Assembly: GCA_943359325.1 (NCBI GenBank)
Contig: CALRHD010000005.1
Coordinates: 1 to 55,732 of the forward strand
DNA length: 55,732 nt
Origin: Candidatus Uhrbacteria bacterium
GTDB taxonomy: Bacteria > Patescibacteriota > Patescibacteriia > UBA9934
Reading direction: 5' to 3'
Positions 39,901 through 45,288 of this stretch are shown piece after piece. The notes under the pieces were generated by a model. It was given only the letters and a program-made list of their open reading frames with translations. It did not search any database and was not told where the DNA came from. Both the position numbers and the translations under genes were made by a program. How positions within the stretch are numbered: position 1 is the first letter of the stretch; each line of letters begins with the position of its first letter.

Positions 39901-41158
39901 TGATAAGATTTATAATGCGGCGCGTGCAGTGGAAAATGCGATTTCGACTACAGTCACTGGTTTGGCATACCGAAACCTAACCCTTCCTACGCCGTTCGGT
40001 GTGAGCGGTCTTGATCCGAATAATCTTTCGGAATCGAGTGCAGAACCCGCACCGCCCGCAAAAGTGGCGACATGTCACAATCAGAGTCGTGATTCCTTCG
40101 AACTTCCAACCGACGATGATGGTGACGGTGTATTCGACGATTGCGATGACTCAAGCACCACAAACTTTTCTGGTACGGGGAATGACCCCGCTGCTCCAGA
40201 TGCACGTTCTTTCGTCGACTATATTCTTGATTATTATGCAAGAACTACTTCGTATCAAGGAATTTGGAGTACGGATCCGACGACAACACTTTTTGCAAAT
40301 TTGCAACAAGTATTTGCGCGTCCGGCCTTAGATGACGATTATGCGTATTCATGGACAGGAAATTTGGATACATCAAGTAATCGTCGATACGTTGCGGGTA
40401 GCACGTCGACATACTCAACATACGACTCCCGCGCGGAGAGTGGCGAACCGCCAAAGGTGTGGTCGCTCGATTTAGCGAACTGCGAGGGGGATACGTGTGA
40501 AGAGGGCAACGAGGGGAGTTTGACGCTCAACTCGACGGATAATGGCGAGCAAACGGGGAGTGCGTTTTTCCGCGCGTACCTCAAGTTTTATGCTGCGGCG
40601 AACGAGAATCAATTGCCACTTCGCCGCGTCATCGTTGACTGGCAGGACGGTGGGCAGATGACAGGCTCGACCGCGTCAACAAACTACTACAAAAATCATC
40701 GTGGGTTGCAAACAGGCAGCACGTCGTCGATTTGTAATACCGCTTCGACGAGTCCGTTGTATCGTTGGGGCATGAATAGTGAAAGCTGCGACAGCGACTA
40801 CTTCAGTTACAGTAATATCTACACGTGCACAGAAGGCAACATTGCGACGTACGACAGCTGTACGTACGACACGAACGGCAACGTGACGAACAGCCCATGT
40901 ACAGACGGCACATCGTGTGTGTACCGACCACGCGTCCACTTAGAGGACAACTGGGGCTGGTGCTCGGGGGTGTGTGAGGAAGGCACTTCCCGCGACGATG
41001 ACGACTCGACGGGGTGTTTTGTGGGGGCGACGCGACCGGTGCTGGATTCTGGAAATGATATAGATAGTGAGTGTGGTTATCTTAGACATCCATTAGAGTC
41101 ACTTGGTGAAGTAGACCCATGGGTGTACTACGACGGCGCAATTGTGGTGACGCCATAA
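30920..41158 (+). CDS. Giant (3,412 aa) secreted Cys-rich surface protein with two CBM/galactose-binding-like jelly-roll modules and an Ala/Tyr/Asp-rich central segment
   Basis: A single uninterrupted ORF. N-terminal signal: KKFLLGFMLGVLLLVQGLAFMPERVFA-Q. NPSFEDD..W..VWVDDLQLEQGE and LFEDGDLTNW..FYVDNITLRQGE are CBM4/9-like. Has TSP3-like DxDxDG motifs. Every other-frame ORF across this span is short. Confidence 0.92.
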   Translation: MPIRSHKKFLLGFMLGVLLLVQGLAFMPERVFAQNQSNTVTDAPRLAEYGITHGVTEPTKMSLVGAIFTAIVNLLTFAANRLAYDAAVMLASGGADEQPLIEFRSPEAFFADYTSAVAGEAIGQLNAINASNGVLTNFNLCAPDAQIILALKLGIKSSFRRPEPRCDFNEVKTNWKGFLAQVAVDNPSDLIKNEVILLQLKDAFDPQVNQFSVGLQLYSDILGQSKLNADIFTSKLLMNGPTKDVVDVITGNVKTPASMIDYAYNDSAAKAKDVDFEIAKTVLQNTDTLLQVGVSMLSVFANTLLSSLTDRLYTGLFDFNTPTADPFDAGMFTSSNRAQAQQRFQSILSVAPLEVTNYNVLADFSSCPSNARGLYNCVVDTSFVTAVARASAGVPMTLSEAVDDGLIDSSWPLISSTDSARDQDPYCYTYGFCHSNLVKLRKARIISIGWELAAESGGTSTNDPVTLQEVMDGFYDCNTVGELDANHPWCKLIDPDWVLKYPDTQCRQLVYGQLTESAAAATRKQECVDSPSCIDEDSDGNCTGGYGYCVREANVWNFRGDACPEYAASCLTFTDPQRDDASYLLNTVDYGTCDEGNAGCLWYATQKEEQTDGTFAWPTVDSIETADAESDAYKNRLYLTAQVSDCDEENGRCSELVERDNDLRLNAIVNPSFEDDAETDGVADAWTYSGTDVAYDTSGTYSLHGDDAVNPGASALYETGITMEQGRTYTLSYYARQEDGGTGEESSILIAFDNDDTTEAIDVRGTAYSGDCALYGSARNILEVTGTPSSTTYERYTCTLTSPILANRGDQLFAYVRVNPANVWVDDLQLEQGEDASAYHEGYSTSDLSTTVVKVPPAYLGCTGNADTDSAGCANYAAVCLETEVGCTQYSPSNGDPDVFGITDDNDVCPSACVGYDTFKQEATLYEPNGDFPVYFIPSTAEECSAEEVGCDEFTKLDDESLAYFTYVRACLTTSQADANTGGDQSATFYTWEGSDLDGYQLKTWNLMESNMDGYTTATYTTSGLAETNPGHAPCTSWTTNGSGVTCDDDVLSAIGDFDTDSSDCDEHDDIFSNPSCREFYDTDGNIHYRDWSLTVTVNNACTSYRKTDLVGLGDDADSDGTDDGNENCTQSGGYFDAVTNECRYYGFADESVTCDESAHGCRNYTGGRSRNSSIVLEELFEDGDLTNWDAPSAIDVTYSNESIATDGHSLASTGKAVWTYLYDKGTACAEEDGCAAATTGTLGGNCTVENGAQYCGTIIDTLVQDKTYTLTFWAKGTGDITAGFALDAVPDVTTFARTDAVFDTVTLSTSSWQKYTLGPLNISSDRYETFGDNTVLAFIPESGVTFYVDNITLRQGEDNITLIKDSWVTPASCDEAADGTASPQYYLGCQEYVTQDGDIANVSSFSALCREEVVGCDDFFATHESESPYAQVYGATCATPDGLPVATATDCYRDAGESSDVVTAEVEAAAAASTSTMSVDDAAALVSSTYSTLQFSAVQTAVGDALSAIDGSAAAQAAYDAAYAAYIASDEYAAYQDALDAYDAAVALAAFTPAQEAYDAAQTTYDAALAVYTAAQSVYDAAVAAAGTATTSTDAATALANAQAAEATAHATLIAAADANDAALVILNVARVAWSNDVLLTPFDHSDEDHALAAAYYAAVATYNAGGTADAYNTANAAYTAAQELTVAAQAFYDASATLDAADAAQTSAYDAAHALDLAMQEAKRRFDAAPTDAGLESAYEFAYDAYWYGPELAAYLASQTAYNTAADDYEIAYTAYQDAADAVVSSGYSDATDTFDAAQAIYDDALAAYNDAQATYDIAVAAYAAFLADVEADDAAEAAAAAEAASEESGVDYSTASYDTTSPYLCTIGVGEASCSFDVDYYIPRSTFIDAQAHLSYGPSTHIVSADTSQFLVVNDDVTCSTAEAGCTELGLPTFSADRQNISASTSVYLINDPASYADILCNHEDLFCQAYDTENKGTFYFKDPVDQTCEYRTDVTISGSNYDGWFRNGGDDFCYGTCTEGGNACSSDADCGSGDSCNTEQGSYVIGGDQSGIWNNGDAAYGGWVGSCDEQYSGCTEFQDLLDIAEGDVYGAVDGESYFYLDNSSLEESTLADAQRCNGQASQKAGCALFHDTTDSSTTSNMSATYVASQHADALFGDDPFSLVDPVDCSSTSASTITATNGTSIDLCAQRCAYPTADVNDLTDPSGTGSVYGASCYEGNDCAPILSEAGEYVDATCDTSDDVTRLENDANRVVKVNRDRQCSEWLTCSDTQTVWDEASNKFKTVCGDVSLCNEYSASGNASFCSSPVADSVATIIDSDRYSGRDVSWYGDDYSGYAIPDSFPVELLTQVLTSPPAGLCDNSGAINYDGTPFDFTTSTVHGTECDIDTDCDDGANPDAVTGETCTLSTETETYALTFNAGSCTESYGVSCTIGYCENTGEACAAQAECGTDAGDCVTGICYDVDTASTCTVDSQCNSGFSCLSGTCVDEKGSLPVEDATCADAGYTARVGTLTLYQSVLAKLGTCVRESCLLTQDGQPFDVTNEETKLCRAHPEANSPFPNEVVEEWKYIKNSDAPAGVWNGTSSTTSDVAEIDSDTIGGSASAAFSTLSGFGNVQLCSPNEDCSCSYKKITYGDSGDTKFLALDSSLDENLIGVCNGGDFNGAFCSSSATYYGASENHIGNEVVNETTCTGGEGVCNYPTRSDALLGMDGYCLEHDTATNIHGNRDADHRACLTWLPVDQLVGSTDLHAKYKSAGFFGDTYACVETRPYVDLPISNYGSNPGDTACAELNDSAAGCDAGEDWTSHLTSCAENVVCPENYFAILGACSWDDATSDNTLADSCVDAGYNDCPYVCVPEDAHTPEGGDCNPADADNDGIADNYDLQTRSGSGTLVYGWVNGALSDVEPSNTDYQAFDDVITGVYKECVAKGVQIDANNVDSDILDFPGTNETTAGPDEAYRYLSMTQKYSVDIYPACKILLRVTDDDQGFAWTDKIYNAARAVENAISTTVTGLAYRNLTLPTPFGVSGLDPNNLSESSAEPAPPAKVATCHNQSRDSFELPTDDDGDGVFDDCDDSSTTNFSGTGNDPAAPDARSFVDYILDYYARTTSYQGIWSTDPTTTLFANLQQVFARPALDDDYAYSWTGNLDTSSNRRYVAGSTSTYSTYDSRAESGEPPKVWSLDLANCEGDTCEEGNEGSLTLNSTDNGEQTGSAFFRAYLKFYAAANENQLPLRRVIVDWQDGGQMTGSTASTNYYKNHRGLQTGSTSSICNTASTSPLYRWGMNSESCDSDYFSYSNIYTCTEGNIATYDSCTYDTNGNVTNSPCTDGTSCVYRPRVHLEDNWGWCSGVCEEGTSRDDDDSTGCFVGATRPVLDSGNDIDSECGYLRHPLESLGEVDPWVYYDGAIVVTP

Positions 41159-41224
41159 GAGGAAAAAGGCGGAATCACCACATAACTCATGTTTGTCATT
41201 CCCGCGAATGCGGGGATCCATGGA

Positions 41225-42250
41225 ATGGTCACAAACATTTCACACCTCAACAAAACAGGTCTCCTTATTTCTATAAAAAATGGGGCATGGTTTGAGTCGC
41301 CGAGCGAACGGGGCTTCACTCACCTCGCGGAATATTGCATGCAGCGAATGATTATTGATCAGTGCGAAGCAGCAGGTGTGAACATGCAGTCTTTTTGTGT
41401 ACAGGGAGAAACAACTCTCGATCGTGTTCGGTTTGCAATATTTTTTGCGCCAAACGATGCCGAACGCGTTGTATCGATTGTTTTGGAGTGCTGCAAAAAT
41501 CCTCCATTTACCACGCACAGTATTCGTCAAGAAATGCGCGAATTGCGTGGCGACTTTATTGATTCATATAAAAATCCTTATTTTCGAGCGGGGCTCGCTC
41601 TTATTCCTCGGTTCATAAAACGCAACTCTTCAGTTTTCGGATCAGTGTGGTTTCACCTTTTTGCACGAGGGCCGAAGCGAGAATACTTGCTTCAATATTG
41701 GCACAAGCTATGGTCGGCGTCTTCGTGCGATGTTCTCCTGTTTGGCACATGAAACGATAAGCAAAAAAATATCGTTGGTGCACTCTCTACCGATGCACAT
41801 ACTTCCACTCCATCTACACACCGTATTTTCGAACATCACACAATATGTGAGAAAAAATATGTGGGTGTGCTTTGGCAGGAGTCATGTTTTTCTCCTTTTT
41901 ATGCCTTGGTTGATACGGTAATGGATCGGCGTGCCGAAACTGTAAACGAAAATACGCAGCTGTTGTCGATCAATCGTGGGTCGTGGTGCGGGTATGTGTT
42001 GTTAAGCAGTAATAACAAGGAGTGGCAGGAGGCTTTTGCAAAAGATGTTTCGGTCGAAGAGTGGCAGGATGCAAAAATTGCGTATAAGTTTTTTGTAAGT
42101 AAAATATTATCGGGGATAAATATTTATGAGGATGTTTTCTATTGGGACGATTGCACGTCGTTGTCCGACTTCGCAAATCTTGTCGCAGAAAGCACATATG
42201 AAGAGTTCCAAGCATATTGGGTACAAACGATCGCCACCAATAAACAATGA
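41225..42250 (+). pseudogene. M16 (pitrilysin)-like peptidase homologue, apparently inactive and broken by two frameshifts
   Basis: LNKTGLLISIKNGAWFESPSERGFTHLAEYCM has the zinc motif HxxEH reading HLAEY. The reading frame switches 41189-41752, then 41661-41921, then 41861-42250. Joined in that order, the pieces give the usual M16 layout. An A-run (gagaaaaaat) sits near the second switch. Confidence 0.4.
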
Positions 42251-42291
42251 ACCCCATTCGCTTTCACGAATGGGGTTCTCGATTTTTACGC

Positions 42292-43128
42292 CTACTCGTC
42301 GCAAGTCGCTGCTTTCGTCATGGTGCAGACGATGTTTTGACGATTTTCTTCGAAGACGAGGAGCGTGAAGCTCATGTCAGTTGGCGTCAACCAACTTGTG
42401 CCAGGAACAAGACTCTCGATCGCACCATTTTCAGTGGTGAGGACGAGCGTTGATCCTTTCACGCTCCATACGCCTTGAGCGCTGCCCAAATTGCTCATAC
42501 ATGAGCCACTGCATTCTGGGAGGATCCTCTCTCCGTCCATTCGGACAATGATCGGATCAAACGACGTCACGCCAGTGTAGAAGTCGTATGCCTTGGTCTC
42601 GTCGTTGTACACCCACGTCTCCTCGGTGCACTCATACCACCCGAGCAAGTACAGCGCCAGCGGCACGTCGACGGTGGGGTTTTCACCCTCCGTCATCTTG
42701 TACTGCATCGCCTCGTAGGTGTACGTGTTGCCGTTCACCTGTTGCAGGGGCGTGCCGTCGAACACTTCCTCCACGTTGCCGCGAAGGTTGCATGCACGTT
42801 CGGCGTTCACGTCGCCTGCCGCGACGTAGAGCGGCGTGTTCGCCGGTACTTCGAGGGAGGAGTCGGAGGGTCCGGTCGCGACCAGCGTATCGAGGTCGAT
42901 CGCGAAACATTCATTGCGTTCAACCCCGTCATCACAGATGCCAGGGCCGAGGCGCTTCTGTGCGTAGACATCGACCGTACCATCGACGGGTTCGCCGTCG
43001 AGACTCGTCGTGCCAACGAACGTGGTCATGGTGACGTCGACACCGGTGTCGGTGTTGATGCCATCCGAATTGGCGTCGCCAGTGCAGCCCACAATGGCCG
43101 CAAAAGCGAGGAAAAATGCGCGTTGCAT
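42292..43128 (-). CDS. Lipoprotein, hypothetical, with C/G-ending codon bias
   Basis: MQRAFFLAFAAIVGC has a lipobox-like IVG-C. AGAGG lies upstream of the ATG at 43128. The track ORF start at 43188 is an extension. Confidence 0.7.
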   Translation of the reverse strand: MQRAFFLAFAAIVGCTGDANSDGINTDTGVDVTMTTFVGTTSLDGEPVDGTVDVYAQKRLGPGICDDGVERNECFAIDLDTLVATGPSDSSLEVPANTPLYVAAGDVNAERACNLRGNVEEVFDGTPLQQVNGNTYTYEAMQYKMTEGENPTVDVPLALYLLGWYECTEETWVYNDETKAYDFYTGVTSFDPIIVRMDGERILPECSGSCMSNLGSAQGVWSVKGSTLVLTTENGAIESLVPGTSWLTPTDMSFTLLVFEENRQNIVCTMTKAATCDE

Positions 43129-43245
43129 GGAAACCTCTATTTTGGGAAAAAGTGGGGTGCACGGAGAAAAGAAAGAACAAGTGTGCACTCAAAACATAGT
43201 CCAAAAATCCCATTTTGTCAACTTCTCGGAGTTATCTGGAGTTAT

Positions 43246-43276
43246 CAACACTCGGCACTGGCAGTGCCGAGTGTTG
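43246..43276. repeat. REP-like palindrome, copy 2 (TCGG/CCGA variant), 5' flank of the Y1 transposase
   Basis: CAACACTCGGCACTG-G-CAGTGCCGAGTGTTG, with perfect 15-nt arms. Confidence 0.9.
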
Positions 43277-43342
43277 TGGTAAAATTATATTGACTCCCTG
43301 GTCTAAGCTGGGGATCTTTTTATTCCAGCGCATTGTTTCTTT

Positions 43343-43924
43343 ATGCGCGACATTACTTTTGGGACAGGAGAGTACTATCATGTTTACGTGCGGGGTGTTG
43401 ATAAGAGGAATATGTTTATGGATGACGTCGACCGACGGCGTTTTCTGGCAACGATGCAGAAGGCGAATATCATCGACGATCAATGCCGAGTGGCTATTAT
43501 AAGCTTCGTACTCATGTCGAATCACATACATTTGCTCTTGCGGCACGAGAGGAGCGATGGAGTACCCGCATTCATGCAACGTTTACATAATTCGTACGCA
43601 AAGTATTTTAACAAGCGTCATGATCGCGAGGGGCATCTTTGTTCGTCGAAGTATAAAGCAAAGCACATTGACTCTGACGCTTATTTTCTTCACCTCACAC
43701 GGTATATCCACAAAAATCCTTTATCTTTGCGCGGAGTGACGTCACGAACATTGGAGGAATATCGATGGTCGAGCTATCGACATTACCTGGGTTTTGAGCG
43801 TCAACCATTTGTTGACGCGGAGGCAGTGCTGGGGGACTTCAAAGAGCAGGGGTCATACCGTGCGTTCATGAACATCAGATTGCATAATGATGTTATTGAA
43901 CCTTATCTTTTCAATGAGGAGTAG
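43343..43924 (+). CDS. HUH/Y1 transposase-like protein (REP-associated tyrosine transposase-like)
   Basis: YYHVYVRG, FVLMSNHIHLLLRH (HUH), GHLCSSKYKAK, LTRYIHKNPL (Tyr motif), YRWSSYRHYLG. Confidence 0.82.
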   Translation: MRDITFGTGEYYHVYVRGVDKRNMFMDDVDRRRFLATMQKANIIDDQCRVAIISFVLMSNHIHLLLRHERSDGVPAFMQRLHNSYAKYFNKRHDREGHLCSSKYKAKHIDSDAYFLHLTRYIHKNPLSLRGVTSRTLEEYRWSSYRHYLGFERQPFVDAEAVLGDFKEQGSYRAFMNIRLHNDVIEPYLFNEE

Positions 43925-43940
43925 TGACGGAGAGCGGGTT

Positions 43941-43970
43941 CAACACTCGGCACTGTCAGTGCCGAGTGTT
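43941..43970. repeat. REP-like palindrome, copy 3, 3' flank of the Y1 transposase
   Basis: CAACACTCGGCACTG-T-CAGTGCCGAGTGTT. Confidence 0.9.
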
Positions 43971-43991
43971 ATTGTGAGTTATAAAACAATA

Positions 43992-44019
43992 CCCACGTAG
44001 CTCTGGCGAGCTACGTGGG
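43992..44019 (-). terminator. Hairpin terminator for the minus-strand small gene
   Basis: CCCACGTAGCTC-tggc-GAGCTACGTGGG, a perfect 12-bp stem. On the minus strand it is followed by tattgtttta. Confidence 0.55.
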
Positions 44020-44034
44020 GAGGAGAGCGGAGTG

Positions 44035-44241
44035 CTAATCAGGTGGAGGGGATTGTGATTTCCTGTTTGGTAGGAAAAGGAGTATGTTCATTGCGAAGAC
44101 TACGGCTACTAAAAGGTAGTTGAAGGCTTGTTCGGGATTTGATGGATTTTCTATGATCGATTTGAAGAATCTGATCACGAGAATGACGACACTTGCCCAT
44201 CCACAAAATTCAGGACGAGGTAAGATTTTTTTCCAATTCAC
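44035..44241 (-). CDS. Small membrane protein, hypothetical
   Basis: GGAGG lies 5 nt upstream of a GTG start. Two hydrophobic segments (GWASVVILVIRFF, LLVAVVFAMNILLFL). Confidence 0.45.
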   Translation of the reverse strand: MNWKKILPRPEFCGWASVVILVIRFFKSIIENPSNPEQAFNYLLVAVVFAMNILLFLPNRKSQSPPPD

Positions 44242-44357
44242 GATGACCTCCAGTGAAGTGAGGAAAGTCTATCACGCTTATTTTTTTGTGTAAAACAGCT
44301 CTAAAACAAATTGCCGTCATGGAAAACCACGACGGCAACGAGCGGTTGAACCTTCCA

Positions 44358-44656
44358 CTAGGCGACCATTGTTTGCGGGCAGGGATGGCGGCGGTAGTAG
44401 AGGATGGTCATGACAAGCACGCTGTACCCAACGGCTCCAATAGCAACCGGAATGAGCATAGAATAGTCGAGCGTGCCATGTGTGGTGAATCGAGCCATTA
44501 CGAGACAGCATTGATGATGGAAAAGGCGTGGCTCTGCAAACTGACTTGATCCGTACGTTTCGCGCGATGGATCTTTTTGACTTGATCCCAGATGCAAAAC
44601 GTATTGGAGTAACCCTGACTCGCGAGAACAGTTAGGCCGAGAATGACGTTGAACAT
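44358..44656 (-). pseudogene. Possible frameshifted SemiSWEET/PQ-loop-like small transporter
   Basis: AGGAGG lies 5 nt upstream of the ATG at 44656. MFNVILGLTVLASQGYSNTFCIWDQVKKIHRAKRTDQVSL resembles the PQ-loop pattern (..PQ..K....K...g.S). That frame ends at a TAA, and the next frame continues THGTLDYSMLIPVAIGAVGYSVLVMTILYYRR. Similarity is judged by eye only. Confidence 0.3.
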
Positions 44657-44756
44657 TTGTTCCTCCTGAAAGAACAACGAATAATAGCAGAAAAAGGCAC
44701 TTTCGTCAAGTCGAAAATGCAATAAAATAGCTGATACTAAACAAATTATTTCCTTT

Positions 44757-44787
44757 CAACACTAGGCACTGACAGTGCTTAGTGTTG
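44757..44787. repeat. REP-like palindrome, copy 4 (TAGG/CTTA variant)
   Basis: CAACACTAGGCACTG-A-CAGTGCTTAGTGTTG. Confidence 0.85.
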
Positions 44788-45288
44788 TTTCTTGGTCACT
44801 ATGCGATTGCCGTGAAATTTCAAATTTTCAAAACGTAAAAAACCGATATCCACAGCATCTGCCGAAACCCACCGACAGGATTTGGTGCAGGGGTTAGCGG
44901 TGAAATGAAAAGTGTGTCGGAGCTCACCGACAAAAACTCCCCACTTTTCTCTTTTGACTTTCCGCTTTCTGATCGAAAATGGATATAGGACGTTCAACAA
45001 CGTTCAACGGAGAAACAAAAACGCCGACGGGCAACGAAAGGCGGACGACGTACCCTGTGCATTCGCGAGATGGCGATACGAATTGCGTGGCAGCTTCACG
45101 GCGCGCCACGACGTTCAACACGCTGCTACCGCATTGCACGGCGCGCGTCGTCCAGGGTCTGGTGCTGACTGTTGGGGAGTCGTCACACTAGACCCGCGCC
45201 CCTTTCGTCTCGCTCCTCATGTTCGCGCCGCCCTCATGCTGTTTCCTCACGATGGGGAAACTCCCAAAGCAGGAGGGATGCGTCAACC

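Noticed and set aside
31163-40939. Dozens of 60-360-aa ORFs in other frames and on the opposite strand across the giant gene (for example 33239-34312 minus, 36623-37381 minus, 32507-33130 minus)
   Set aside because: All lie inside one uninterrupted 10.2-kb ORF with coherent domain content. Their translations are Arg/Cys/His-rich low-complexity sequence typical of shadow frames.
41189-41224. N-terminal extension MFVIPANAGIHG of the M16-like ORF
   Set aside because: It is encoded by a GC-rich hairpin (tcccgc-gaat-gcgggg) immediately after the giant gene. That is more likely a structural or terminator-like element than coding sequence. The hairpin itself has no T-run, so it was not called as a terminator.
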